DNA of 64,000 nucleotides from Octopus sinensis (lineage: Eukaryota): positions 50,096,001 through 50,160,000 of the forward strand of contig NC_043001.1 of assembly GCF_006345805.1 (NCBI RefSeq), read 5' to 3'. Positions within the stretch are counted from its first letter, which is position 1; the number at the start of each line of letters is the position of its first letter. The position numbers and the translations under genes are program-made. Shown here one piece after another: positions 24,226-37,988 of this stretch. Below the pieces are notes generated by a model. It worked only from the letters and a program-made list of their open reading frames with translations, had not been told where the DNA came from and made no database searches.

Positions 24226-25029
24226 TAAATGTATAAGTGAAATTTTGAAAAAAGTATTTCTTTTCAATCTCCTCTCTGATAGAAAATTGAACACCACATT
24301 TCCCCATACAAAGTACATCTATATATATATACAAATTTTAGAAAATAGCTCCTATACGTGATAATATAATATTGATTTTTTGCATTGGTACAGGGTGTAA
24401 ATTTTCAAGATAGTGATAGATATAGTAAATTGAATGGACTTTCGCGATTCTCGTGTAATGCAAAGTCACGAATTGGTAGAGAAGGAGCGTAGTCAGTTGA
24501 ATTGACTTCATTATATGTATAGCATTTAATTTAACGAATCAAGAGAAATGAAATGAAAAGTCCACGCTAGCAGGTTGAATTCATCGCAGGAATACTTATC
24601 TAAATATTGTAAAGCCCTTACTTTATCAATATTGATTTTTCACATTTGCCACAAGGTTATACATCTATGACGAGATGTAATTGACTAAACACGCTAAAAG
24701 TATATCACTTTCACTTTTTATTTATTTATCTTATTTATTTATTTATTTATGTATTTGATGGATAAAAAAAAAATACCAGTCCTGAGTAGATTAAGTCAGA
24801 ACGTCAAGAGCATAACTATATACAAGACATCAATCCTGATATAAATATCCCAACCACCAGTGCCGGACCGTGAATCATTTGATACCGGGCCGTACAAAAA
24901 GACTAAATTTTAAAATGTTATGTCTATTTTATTGACTATCGCAGCCTGTAGAGTGTTTTTACATTACATATGTATTATACATGTAAGATATATATATGTA
25001 TGTGTGCGTGTGTGTGTGTATTATATATA

Positions 25030-25199
25030 TATAGCTGTATGACAAGAAGCTTGCTTCCCGACTACATGGTCTAGGTCCAGTCCCATTGCATGGCACCTTG
25101 GGCAAGTGCCTTCTACTATAGCCTCGAGCTGACCAAGTCCTTGTGGGTGGATTTGGTAGACGGAAACTGAAAGAAGCCCGTAGTATACATACATATATA

Positions 25200-25234
<35 letters not shown>

Positions 25235-25440
25235 CTGTCTGTATTTGTCCCCTCTGCTGCTTGACAACCGGTGTTAGTGTGTTTACGTCTCCGTAATTTA
25301 GCGGTTCGGCAAAAGAGACCGATAGAATAAATAGTAGGCTTAAAAAAGTTCTTGGGTCGATTTGTTCGACTAAAACTCTTCAAGCCGGCGCTCTAGCATG
25401 GCCGCGGTCAACTGACAGAAACAAGTAGAAGAATAAAAGA
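25030..25440 (+). mobile_element. SINE family B
   Basis: GGCACCTTGGGCAAGTG core, (TG)n and tail. Confidence 0.8.
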
Positions 25441-25459
25441 ATATGTATAATGTGTGTTC

Positions 25460-26010
25460 AGGTCAAGTCGCTCTTGAACCCTACTGGTAACATGTAACCC
25501 AGTACAACCTGTTGCATGGTCGGATCGTCGGTGACTAAACTGGCAACCCCATCAAGCTTGTTTGGTGAGGTGGGGTGTTGGTTGAACACCCTGCGGGACG
25601 AAAAATAAGACCCGTCAAGGGGCGGAATAACTACTATGTAGTTAACAGCCAATTCAACAAGTACCTTGTCGCGGTGAAGTGCATGTGTGCTCCATTGACC
25701 CGGAGAGCTATGCTGGAGGGAGAGAAATCTCCAGGCAGGTCTTACCAGGCCAGACAGGTAGAAGGGTAGGAGACAATAAATTGAAGCGTCGGCAACAGGG
25801 CGTGGATTTAGTTATCAGCAGGACCTAACAGATCAAATTCCTGGCTTTGAACTAGCAGGATGTCATGCAGAGGATCTTCAATACAAGACAATGGATGAGA
25901 CCCTAATATTCCTAGTTAGATGTAAACTGCGAGACCACATGAAGCAGCGCCCTGTGACTCCTATAGTATGCGCAACTGAAACCCCTATGTGGGCGTCCTA
26001 TGGGACGACC
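25460..26010 (+). mobile_element. Probable RTE-type 5' UTR-derived repeat
   Basis: GC-richer island with GAGAGCTATGCTGG and CCAGGCCAGACAGGTAGAAGGGTAGG motifs recalled from RTE 5' UTRs; no ORF. Confidence 0.4.
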
Positions 26011-26070
26011 TAGATGAGATGAGATATAATGTGTGTGTGTGTGTGTGTGAGCGTGCGTGCGTGAGTGCGT

Positions 26071-26107
<37 letters not shown>

Positions 26108-28129
26108 TTAAATCATGCATGATGAACTTTATTGTGTTTGGTTGTGTGCCCGTGGAAAAACTGTCTTGCATGAAACCGCTCTGTGATACAAAAAGAGGTT
26201 GGAGACCGCTACTGATAGTAATCACTCTTGCTAACGTTCATCGCTGATTACTTTGCATAAACACAAAACTTTCCATTTTGGAGAAGGATATGGACGATTA
26301 TAGCGGCCCCTGTATTCGGCGGGTACTTTATTTTATTGACCCCACTTAGTGTTGTTTGAACTTAATACTTTGTGAAGCCCAACTAAATTTTATCTTGCGA
26401 TTTGATACACTACTACCTCTGCCAATTTCCTCCTTTGATATGCAATATAATATGAAGTGAAAGGAAGTATGGAGTTTGCTGAAAAATATGCAACTCAGTA
26501 ACGTAAGACATTATTGAATTACGCCTTATAAAGTTTTGTATTAAAATCCCTCTACAATTGAGTTTGGCCTTCACATTTCTATGATCTGGAAATACTGAAC
26601 TGGATTCAATCTATTGTACATGTTTTTCTACGTATTTTGTATTCCAGTGTCCGAAAAAACTGTTACAACATTATCACCATTGATGTAAATTCTTTCCTCT
26701 TTATTTCTATTCTATGTTGTTCTAAATATCGGATCTCGGATGTTTGACATCAGCTTTTCTTAAAAGAGAGAGGGAGACAGAGAGAGAGAGAGGGAAAGAC
26801 AGAGAGGGGATGGGTAGGTTGCTGACCTCTTGCTCACCTCTTCTCCATTTCTTGAGATAGGGACGTTGTGAATGACCCCAAAGAACCTTTCTAACAGCAT
26901 AACTTAACCGCTTCTGAAAGAAAGAGAAGAATGCAACTCAGTTCTTGAGTACAGAGAACCTGAATAAATACTGCGTTGCATTCTGAGCCATTACCAATTC
27001 GCTGCCTCAACGAAACATCATACGTATTTTTCGTTTAGAATTCTCTGTACCACATCGAGTAATTTCTTAAGAAAGCTACAAGCCACCTCTCCGCGAATGA
27101 AATTATTCAGCTTATTTTTCTGAGTTTTACGACTTATTTAAAGTTATATCTTAAATGTTATCTTATTTAAAATTTGCTTTATTTAAGTTTTATCTTAAGT
27201 CATATTCAAACTTTATCTGACATTCCCTTGGGGCGCTGAAAATACAAATACTTATATCTGTGGTATTAGGGGAAATGCAGCATCACTACTACCACCACCT
27301 CACTTTTGGTAAAAGCTTGCAAAGGAATCTAAGTTACATTATGTTTATTCACTTGGAGAAAATGAATGTATATAATATTTTTAGAAAAGTGATTTCAAGA
27401 ACAACAGTAGAGGAACCGATATTTTCTTTCGTGTTATAACTATACTATGAAAGATGCATAGTCGATAAAGACAGAAATAAGTATTCTATAAGCAATATTA
27501 AGCAGTTCTCAGCAAAAAAAAAGAAAACTATGAGAAGCGTCCTTGACTGCTACTTTATTTTATAGAACCCCAGATGAATGAAGCGCAAAATTGACTTTGG
27601 CTGGATTTAAAACCAGGACGGAAAGAGCCATAACAAATACCACGAAAAGATTGCACCTGCATTAGTACTTTTGTGGACATTACACCATTAAATGGATCAA
27701 TAATTAAACGTATCGTGGATTAAAAAAAATAGACAATTTCCAAATAATTTTTTTCTTTCTTTCTGTTTTTATGACGTTCTAACAATTCTGCCAATCCACC
27801 ACTCTTAAATAAGAGTTCCTAATTTAGGCTGAAACCTAGCTATTTTGAGGGAAGGATGTTAGTCAGTTAAATTGACACCAGTGCATGACTGGTACTTTAT
27901 TTTATTGATGCTAGAGGAAATTGAACTCAGAATTTTTTTTCGTTCTTCATGCTTTAAAATTATGATAATTAAAATAATTGTTTCTAATAAGGCTTTAGGG
28001 TTTGAAGTTTACCCTAGTATTTAACTGGTATTTTATTTTATTGATTCTGGAACGATGAAAGACAACGTTGATCCAGGAGATATTTGAACTCAGAATGCAA
28101 AGAATCTTGCATGTCTTGTATTCTTTTGA

Positions 28130-28395
28130 CGAATCACTAACTTACAAGGACGTAAACAAACGCCGCTTGTCAAGGAGTGATGAGGAGACAAACACATACA
28201 TATATACACACATACGTACATACACGCGCGTACGCATATAGATGCGTGGATGCTTCTCAACCACGTGATTTCAGATTCAGTACCACTGCGTGATACCTTG
28301 AGCAAGTGTCTTCTTCTATAGTCCCAGGTCGACCAAAGCCATAGGAGTGGATTTGGTAGGCGGAAACTGAAAGAAATCCATCGCACATACATATG
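28130..28395 (+). mobile_element. SINE family B pieces
   Basis: CAGTACCACTGCGTGATACCTTGAGCAAGTGTCTTCT. Confidence 0.7.
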
Positions 28396-28409
28396 TATGT
28401 ATATATATA

Positions 28410-28462
<53 letters not shown>

Positions 28463-28469
28463 CTTTGTT

Positions 28470-29815
28470 TCTCCAAATAGAGAAGAACTGGGCCGAGGTA
28501 GCGAGCAGGGTGGACCACATAGCCAAGACCTAATCTTGGCGGTGGCTATCCCTGAAAGGGAGCGCGGATGTGGTCAATGTGTTCATCGCATCGGTCATCA
28601 CCTACCACCTAACCGTCGTTCCTTGTCCTGATTCATGGTTGAGCAAGCTGGAAAGACAGCTCTTCCGCTTCTTGTGGAAGGGATCGAATCTGCTTGTGAG
28701 ACGCTCTATTTGCTGCCAACAACTGTTAAAGGGTGGACTAGGGATGCCTTGGCTGATGATGCACAGGCACGCGCTGACGTTGAGGCGTCTGTGGCTCCAT
28801 CTTGATGGTGATCGGGTGTGGTCTCCGCTGGCGAAAGATATATTTCCTAAATTCATCTGTTTCGGTGAACTGGAAACTTCTATCGTAGATCGAAGTTGGG
28901 TACATGGTTTACGGAGTGTCGTAAGGCTCTCCAGATATTCCATATCTCGGGCAACGCCTATGGTAGTGGTTCTACTACATTCTTTTATAGAGGGTTGGTA
29001 GAGGCGAAATGTGACGATACCTTGGGGGAAGCCTTAGGTCTCGATGATAATCAGCTGGCCAGTCTGTTCCAACGTACATTCGGGCCGAAGACACTGGATA
29101 ACTTCCAGAAGTCTTTGGCATGGCAATGTTACTGAGGAGCCTTACCTGTCCGGGACAAGCTCGCAAGCGCATGGTGGCCCTGGCTCACCGACCTGTCCAA
29201 GATGTGGGCGGGACAGGGAAACCGTCCTGCACGCTATTGTTCAGTGTTCAGAGGTGTCAGATATGTGGGTTTATGCCGAACAACTGTTGTCAAGTACAGG
29301 AAGAGTACAGCTATCGACTGAGTCAATAGTAAATATTGACCCATCGGATTTCCTATTGTAAGAAGGTAAGAATTGCTGTCTCATCGTAGTAGCAATTGCG
29401 AGAGAGGTCATTTGGAAGACGCGAATGAAAGGGTTAATAACAGGCATTTTCATCTCTGGCTCTGGCTTGGTGAATTTCTTCACCTTTCACCTAAGATGGA
29501 AAATGGGGTTAGAGAAAAAATGCCTGTCCACTAAAATGTTTCAAGATCGATGGAAGAATGTTGCACGAATGTTGTGTATGGAAAAGACCGCATGAATTCA
29601 ACACAGGATGAACCAAAAGCATCATTGGTGAAGCGGGGCTCGTGGGGTCCGAACATATCCCGCATCCTATTTTGTAATGTCTTGTTATCATTCGAACTCT
29701 TCATGTTTATGCAAAATTTTAAAATTCAACTTCATGTCAATTCATATGTTAAATCTGACACCATATCAGATTGTGCTGTCTCCTCTTTGTTGTCCCCTTG
29801 TGGTAAATAGAAAAT
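28470..29815 (+). mobile_element. Tx1/L1-clade LINE 3' fragment (post-RT domain, zinc finger, 3' UTR), 5'-truncated, with stops
   Basis: IEKNW...LSLKG..VVNVFIASVITY..LFRFLWKG..GGLGMP, then TCPRCGRDRETVLHAIVQC and REVIWKTR. Confidence 0.9.
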
Positions 29816-30440
29816 TTGCGAAATGCTTAGCGGTATTTCGTCTGCCGTTACGTTCTGAGTTCAAATTCCGCCGAGGTCGACTTTGCCTTCCATCCTTTCG
29901 GGGTCGATAAACTTAGTACCAGTTACGCACTGGGGGTCGATGTAATCGACTTATTCCGTTTGTCTGTCCTTGTTTGTCCCCTCTGTGTTTAGCCCCTTGT
30001 GGGTAGTAAAGAAATAGGTATTTCGTCTGTCTTTACGTTCTGAGTTCAAATTTCGCCGAGGACGACATTGCCTTTCATCCTTTCGGGGTCGATAAATTAA
30101 GTACCAGCTGCGTACTGGGGTCGATCTAATCGACTGACCCCATCCCCTAAAATTTTGGGCCTTGTGCCTAGAATAGAAAAGAATATATGTTATAAATAAG
30201 GCGACGAGCTAGGAGAATCGTTAGCACGCCGGGTAAAATGATTAGCGGCATTTCATCTGTTTTTACGTTCCGAGTTCAAACACTACTGAGGTCGACTTTG
30301 TCTTTCATTCTATCGGGGTCGATAAAGTAAGTAGCAGTTGAGCACCAGAAGTGCTGGCCTTGTGTCAAAATTTGAAACCGACATATGTGACAAATAAGCT
30401 GGCAGAATTGTTAGCCATCCAGGCAAAATGTTTAGCAGCA
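29816..30440 (+). mobile_element. SINE family A array
   Basis: Three B-box modules; AAAGAAATAGG|TATTTCGTC junction at ~30015. Confidence 0.85.
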
Positions 30441-31616
30441 TTTAAAACCAGTATATGTTGTAAATATTTTGGTCAAATCGACCATACATTTTATGTTGTT
30501 GCTGCCTCAATTGGAAATTTATAAATACATCTGTTCTTCTTGTGTCAAAATGACGAATTTATGGCTTAGCAACCTGGTTTTAAGCAGAGTCATAAACTGA
30601 GCCAACACTATTATCGACGCCATAACGTACGAAAATATGCGTCAACCCAAGAGTTATATATTGTGAATGCGATTCTTGCAACTCCGTTCTGGCAAGCCGA
30701 AAGGCAAAGAAATAGCCAATCCCCATTTTTTTTTTTTTTAATAAAAGGCTCCTTGGTTATTTATTTGTATATATTTATATTATTCGTGTATATATTTAAA
30801 TACGTGGATGCGGGGGCGAGAGAAGAAAGAGTAAATTATTTTCTCAATATAATAGTGTTTTTATATGTTGTATCTGCTACATCAAAGGAAACATCTAAGC
30901 TGCAACACTTTGCAGCTTGGTTCTGTGATATGTCAATCACTTCAATAGAACCTGCAAAAAAATGGCAGACAAGCACAAAAGCTGTCGCAACTTGTCCCTT
31001 CTAGCTTCCCATCACTTCGTTCATAACAGCTCTCTCTCTCCCTCTCTCCTTCTCCGTAACATATACACGCACACTGTCTGACACTGAAGCTCTCAAAAGA
31101 AAACGAAATGGTGAAAACATTTACTCCATCTCAAATATAATGCACTTCCACCCACTTTTTTGTACCTAAACTTATCAATATATGTATTTTATCCTCTAAT
31201 TTTATCTTTGTCTCCATTCGTGTAAGTACAACATTAGCGGCTAATTTCATGCTACTACTATCATTTTCGACACTGATTTTTTGTAATTAAATTTCACGCA
31301 TTATACACGTGTAAACAGAGTAAAATATCTCAGACTTTTGGTTGCCACCCTCTACATCCTGGTTTCAAATCCCATCGGGTTTGAGTCGGTAGAAACAGTT
31401 ATGATTACGTATTTAGTTCCGTCTCCTGTATTTTGCTTTGTTTTGTTAAATTATATTGGATAACGATAAAATAAAACTCAGTTATCTTAATACGCAACCA
31501 CTATGTCACTCCTTAGCAGAAATATCGGCCACCTAACGAAGCAAACTAAACAACAAGAAGAGCAAAATTATGGTGAGTAGAGCAAGTAGAAACCAACCGC
31601 TATAGACGATGCATTA

Positions 31617-32363
31617 GGCGGCGAGCTGGCAGAAACGTCAGCATCTCGTCTGTCTTTACGTTCTGAGTTCAAATTCCGCCGAGATCGACTTTGCCTTAAG
31701 GCGGCGAGCTGGCAGAATCGTTAGTACGCCGGGCGAGATACTTAGCGGTATTTCATCTACCGTTACGTTCTGAGTTCAAATTCCGCCGAGGTCGACTTTG
31801 CCTTCCATCCTTTCGGGGTCGATTAAATAAGTACTAGTTACGCACTGGGGTCGATGTAATCGACTTTACCCGTTTGTCTGTCCTTGTATGTCCTCTCTGT
31901 GTTTAGCCCCTTGTGGGTAGTAAAGAAATAGGTATTTCGTCTGCCGTTACGTTCTGAGTTCAAATTCCGCCCAGGTCGACCTTACTTTTCATCCTTTCGG
32001 GGTCGATAAATTAAGTACCAGTTACGCACTGGGGTCGATGTGATCGACTTAATCCGTTTGTCTGTCCTTGCTTGTCCCCTCTATGTTTAGCCCCTTGTGG
32101 GCAATAAAGAAATAAGAAACGTTAATATTTCGTTTGTCTTTATGTTCTGAGTTCAAATTCCGCCGAGATCGACTTTGCCTTAAGGCGGCGAGCTGGCAGA
32201 AACGTTAGCACGGCGGGAGAAATGCTTAGCGGTATTTCGTCTGTCTTTACGTTCTGAGTTCAAATTCCGCCGAGGTCGACTTTGCCTTTCATCCTTTCGG
32301 GCTCGATCTAATCGACTGGCCCACTCTCCAAAAACTTCAGGCCGTGTGCCTAGGGTAGAAATG
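31617..32363 (+). mobile_element. SINE family A concatemer (5 modules) with one 16-bp TSD
   Basis: TATAGACGATGCATTA at 31601-31616 and 32364-32379. Confidence 0.9.
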
Positions 32364-33038
32364 TATAGACGATGCATTAACCTTCTAGTGAGTCGAGATT
32401 GCAATACGGTTTCGATTCCAGGTAAATATAAATATATTTGACACACCTACACACCTGTGTTTCTAATTGCCGAACCGCTGAGTTACGTGGACGTAAACAC
32501 ACCAAAATCGGTTATCAAGCAGTAGCAGGGGACAATCAAACGAACACATCCATGCTTGAATGATGGTATATAGCAATGGTCCCCAAAGTTTCTACTTAAA
32601 TAAGCTTATTTTTATTAACTAACAGAAATCTAGTATTCTTATTTTCATATTTTGAAATGAATATATAACTGAATAATTATATGTAAGAGTAGCTGTACAT
32701 TTTACACTGGATTCTAAAATTTTGACCACAACTCACGGAAACCCAGCACTACCTTTATCAGTTCTCATTCCCATTAGTTAGTAGACTCCTGGTTAGGGAC
32801 CGATAGTGTAGATAGTCCCACTATTGGTCCGTAATTGTTTAGTTTACTCCTTACTGGAACTGGTAGTGTTTTAAATAATGGTTTTTCACATTGGTACATT
32901 GTTACTAATTTCTAGACCAGATTAGACTACATATATGTAGTCTATGGTTCGCAGCTCGTTATCCTTGTAGCTCAGCGCCTGTTTTCACTGAGATCGCGTT
33001 TGTGAGAGAGAACTTTTCCATGCTTATACGCACGCTCT

Positions 33039-33089
<51 letters not shown>

Positions 33090-33229
33090 TACACACACAC
33101 GCACATACAATTCTCCCCATTAGCAGAATATATTATTCAAACAGAAGATATATATATATATATTCTCACACTATTGCAAATAGCATGTACTTTCTTTTAC
33201 GGTGTTTTTTGGCATAGAACTCGAATTTT

Positions 33230-33692
33230 TCACACCAGAATATACAGCCAGAAAAGATAGTTCGACTTATACATGAAGACGACTTTGGAGGGTCAAAAAT
33301 TCCGTGAGAAATGCTACAGAACTTGGAAAGTCGTTGACGATATTCGATTGTTTACACTTCAGGTCCACCATGATAGTATTTAACAACAATTTTAGTAACC
33401 CGTTCTCTTTATAATTACTGTTTATATTGATGTGCAGTTATGAAACGTAAATAAAGGCAAATATTAAAATCAAACTTAAAGTAATTAAACATTGCTTTTC
33501 TTTCTTATTTCGACATTTTCGTTCTCTTGTGAAATCTTCCTTTCCTCCATGCAAAAAAAAAAAAGCAAAAAAACTTTCTTATAGAATGGTTATTGGGGAG
33601 AAAGGGAGTCGACTTATACGATGAATACAGACTGGAAAAACGTACTTCGATTGATATACGGCATCGACTTATAAGTTAGAAAATATGGTAAT
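33230..33692. mobile_element. Probable end of a pogo-like non-autonomous element
   Basis: Repeated CGACTTATA motifs ending in GAAAATATGGTA (reverse complement resembles TACCGTATTTTC termini). Confidence 0.45.
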
Positions 33693-34013
33693 TATTTGGT
33701 GACATAGCCTTACCTTACTATAAGTTCACAACGTCTCAAATGGACCTTCCACCCAAATCAACAAATCTTCCACAGAGGTCAAGCTTAAGTATACTGTTTC
33801 TTGGTGTATAAATTCAATAGGTTCTGGTGAAATGGTAAACATAGAATAAGTATCGATGATATTCATAGATTTGCAATCAGATTTGCAATCGAACGAAACA
33901 ATTTATTTTGGAGCCTGAATTATTAAAAAAAAACAAAAAACGAAGCTTTATCGTTGCGGCTACTACTTGGCCTTAAGGTTAAACGAAAAGATATATAATA
34001 TATATATATATAT

Positions 34014-34058
<45 letters not shown>

Positions 34059-34425
34059 TAGATAGATAGATAAATAGATAAAAAGATTGTAGATAGATAG
34101 ATAGATAGAGTGGGAGAGCGAGAGAGGGGAGAGAGTATGTGAGAGTAAAAGAGAGAGTGGTGGGGAGTAATTGAGGAAGCGAGGGTTGAGTTTAGATTAT
34201 GAAAAGCAGCCTCATGTACCGTTTGATTATTTTCGTGTTATGGCTTAGATCTCTGCATCTCTCGCTTCACTGAGTTGACTGGGGAGAGATTGGGCGGGTG
34301 AAGGGAGAGGGGGAAGGGAGAAAGGAGAAGCAATAGTGATCGTTGCTAGGGTAACGTGCTAATATAGTTACCGTATAATCAGTGTTTGGAATTGAATGGA
34401 GTAACTGATTAAACACACAACTACC

Positions 34426-34466
<41 letters not shown>

Positions 34467-34473
34467 GATACGT

Positions 34474-34516
<43 letters not shown>

Positions 34517-35027
34517 CACACATGCATACATACATACATACATACATACATACACACACACTTATATAGTCCCATACATACAATCATACATATATATATA
34601 TATAGACATACACACATATATTCTCAGATTGATAGCCTTGTTTGCGTTTTCGTTTTGTTGTTAGTATTAGTGATGGTAATTGATAGTTGTGGTGGGGACG
34701 ATGGTGGTAGTGGTCGTGATGCTGGTTGCTGGTGTTGGGGAAGAGGGTGATGCTGTGGGTAGGTGATAGTGGTGGTGGTGGGCAATGGTGATATTGACGG
34801 TGTTAGTGATAGTGGTAAGGGTGGTGTTGGTGGTTGTGGTGATGCTGGTCTTTGTATGCTACATCAGTTATATTTTGCCGTGGAATTTGTTTTATTATTA
34901 TTTTTTCGTGTTTTTTTTTATTGTGTTTCGTTTGTCCGTCGTGTTTGTGATTTGTTATATTTTATCGAGAGATGATGGTACAGAATGATTGCATAGAATG
35001 TGTGTTGTATGGGATGTGTTGTGGGAA

Positions 35028-35490
35028 AGAATGTCGGCTGATGACTGTATGGAACAGGAATGGGGAACTTTTTCCGAGAAACGGGCCGCATAAGACGTGG
35101 TTTATCATCAGGAGGGCCGCACAACTACAAAAAAAAAAAAATAATAAAAAAATTCAAAATAATTTTCCGTGTTGTAGGGTAGAATGTTGAGTGATGACTG
35201 TATGGAACAGGAATGGGGAACTTTTTCCGAGAAACGGGCCGCATAAGACGTGGTTTATCATCAGGAAGGCCGCACTACTACAAAAAAATAATAAAAAATT
35301 CAAAATAATTTTCCGTGTTGTAGGGTAGAATGTTGGATGATGACTGTATGGAACAGGAATGGGGAACTTTTTTCGAGAAACGGGCCGCATAAGACGTGGT
35401 TTATCATCAGGAGGGCCGCACTACTATTACCAAAAAAAAAAATTCAAAATAATTTTCCGTGTTGTAGGGTAGAATGTCGGATGATGATTG
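35028..35490. repeat. Three ~144-153-bp tandem units
   Basis: Unit starts at 35028, 35181, 35327 and partially 35471. Confidence 0.9.
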
Positions 35491-35809
35491 TGTAGGTTGA
35501 CTTTGCCTTTCATTCTTTCGGGGTCGATAAATTAAGTACCAGATACGTACTGGGGTCGATGTAATCGACTTAATCTGTTTATCCGTCCTTGTATGGTCCC
35601 CTCTGTGTTTAGCTCCTTGCGGGTAGTAACGAAATAGATTGTTTAGGTTGTGTTGTGTATAGCGTGTGGATTTATTGTGTAGGATATGCGCTACGTGGTT
35701 CTGTTATGGGATAGAATGCTGGATAAGGATTACGAATAGTATAGATTATTTGTTGTGGGATTGAATGTCAGTTGACGATTGTGCAACGTATTTGTTGTGT
35801 GGGCTGTTA

Positions 35810-36125
35810 TTGCAGCGCGTTGCTGTTTTCACTATTTGTGGGTATATTCCTGCGTCCTCCCGGGCGACTCTTCGGGAATAGTCCCAGTTAGTCCCCCGTC
35901 TCCGCGAGACACCTCGTTATCTACCGTGACCGTATAGCATGTAGTCGACCTATACGCACCGGCGAGGCAGCTGGATACTCAGTGAAGAGAACACAGTAAG
36001 CAGGGTCTAACTCGGAAAATCGAGCAACGAGGCCAAATAGTCTGACTTGGCGCTCCCGAATTATGCCAGTAACAGGACACATCCCAGTTTCTGAGAAGAG
36101 TCGTTGGTTGGATACGAAATCCAAA
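35810..36125 (-). mobile_element. RTE-clade LINE 3' fragment
   Basis: DFVSNQRLFSETG..VTGIIRERQVRLFGLVARF..DPAY matches the RTE C-terminus (VSN.RL...RQLRL.GHVAR). Confidence 0.75.
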
Positions 36126-36131
36126 TGTATT

Positions 36132-36172
<41 letters not shown>

Positions 36173-36299
36173 TATGTGATAACGTGATCGACCATGCTAT
36201 GAGATGTTGTTATACATCACTGATCACAATGCGCTTTGGATTTGCATCGTTTTCCCTTTCGAACGTTGTCACCTCGCTGGTTAAGCGAGCAGGCCAACA

Positions 36300-36440
36300 T
36301 TCTGCCCGATCGGAAGGCTAGTCAGTCACAGGGTTACTGATTTACGGCTGAGTGAACTGGAGCAACGTGAAATGAAGTGTTTTGCTCAAGAACACAACTC
36401 GCCGCTCTAGCGATCGTGAGTGCAACACTGTAACCATTAG
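36300..36440 (-). mobile_element. SINE family C (CORE-type) head
   Basis: GCTGAGTGAACTGGAGCAACGTGAAATGAAGTG..TTGCTCAAGAACACAAC. Confidence 0.7.
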
Positions 36441-36519
36441 GACATGCACTTTCTTAATACATACATACCTACATACCAACATACATACATACATACATAC
36501 ATACATACATACATACATA

Positions 36520-37798
36520 ATGGGTCATTCAATGAATAATGCGATTTTTATACTTCTTTTATTTTTCAAAATTAAGATATACAAAGTTCTTTTTGAATCT
36601 AAGATATACTCTTCCTCATTTTCTATAATACTCTTCCATCAATCTGGTTGACTTGCAAGCCCCCTCTTCCAAAATTTACTTGTCCGTGACGAAAAATACT
36701 CCTCCTGCGCTGTTCTGACCTCGTCTACAGAATTCATATTTTTTCCGTCCAAATGATTTTGAAGACTGCGGAGTAAATAATAATCATATGGGGCAATGTC
36801 CGGCAAATGTGGTGAGTGGGGCATCGTTTCCCATTCAAACTGCTCTAGCCTTTTGAATGTCATCCTTGAGTATTATTCTGGTGGAAGAACATCTTTCGTC
36901 TAGAAACCAAAGATGGCCGCTTTTCTTCTAGCGCTGACTTAAGCCGCTCAAGCTGCTTCCAGTAGATCTCCCTTGTTATCGTTTGGTTTGGGTTTAAAAG
37001 CTCAAAGTGAACTAAACCTTTCATATATCACCAAACAGATAACAACACCTTATGTGGGTGAAGACCTTCTTTAGCCTGGGATACCGATGTTTCTCCTTTC
37101 CGTATCCACTGTCTTCAGCGCTTCACATTTTTATAGAGAACCCATTTTTCGTCACCAGTCACTATTCGGTCCAAAAACGGTTCATTCGTGAGACGTGACA
37201 GCAAAAAAGAGCACACATTCACTCTCTGCATGCGATTAGACTCGGAAAGTTTGTGAGGAACCCATTGACCCAATTTGCTGACTTTTCTGATGGCATGCAG
37301 GTGTCGATGAATGGTTGAATGACCAAACCCAAGCTTCTCAGCTAGCTTCTCAACAGTTACGATAGGAATTTGCTCCGCCAGGGTTTGCAGGACGTCCTCG
37401 TCGAGCTCTACAGATCTTCCAAGACGAGGCCCGTCTTCAAGGCTGTGGTTTCCGGCTCGGAATTTCTGGAACCACCGTTGACACTAGCTTACGCCTGTCC
37501 AATCCCCATATACAGCATTAATATTCCTTGCACTTTCTCTTGTGTTATTGCCTTTATTGAACTCATAAAACAAAATATGCCGAATACGCTCCTTAGTCAC
37601 TTCGATTATAGCTTTGAAAAAATAACTGTTAAAATCGAAAATAACTGTTAAAATCTTCAAAAGTTGCACCAAGAATGAGTAAAAGGTAAAATTACTACTT
37701 GATTTTATAGCAAGTTGATGCAGGTAGTTTATCCTGTCCCCCTTCGACTTTTAGTTCATGCAATTGAAAAAACCCACATTATTTATGGGATGACCTAA
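36520..37798 (-). mobile_element. Full-length decayed mariner element (~1.28 kb)
   Basis: Imperfect TIRs (GGTCAT.C.AT.AATAATG.G.TTTTT) with TA flanks. Transposase pieces KERIRHILFYEFNKG, VTGDEKW and HSPHLPDIAPYDYYLLRSLQNHL. Confidence 0.92.
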
Positions 37799-37890
37799 TA
37801 TATGTATATGCATACATGCATGAATACATAAATACATCCATGCATACTTACATAGATACATACATATATATATTTGCATAAGTATGCATA

Positions 37891-37988
<98 letters not shown>

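Noticed and set aside
35032-35075. CTGATGA-CTGT ATGGA ACAG-GAAT hammerhead look-alike
   Set aside because: A15.1 is U, stem III is mostly G-U pairs, and the core is absent from the other two repeat units.
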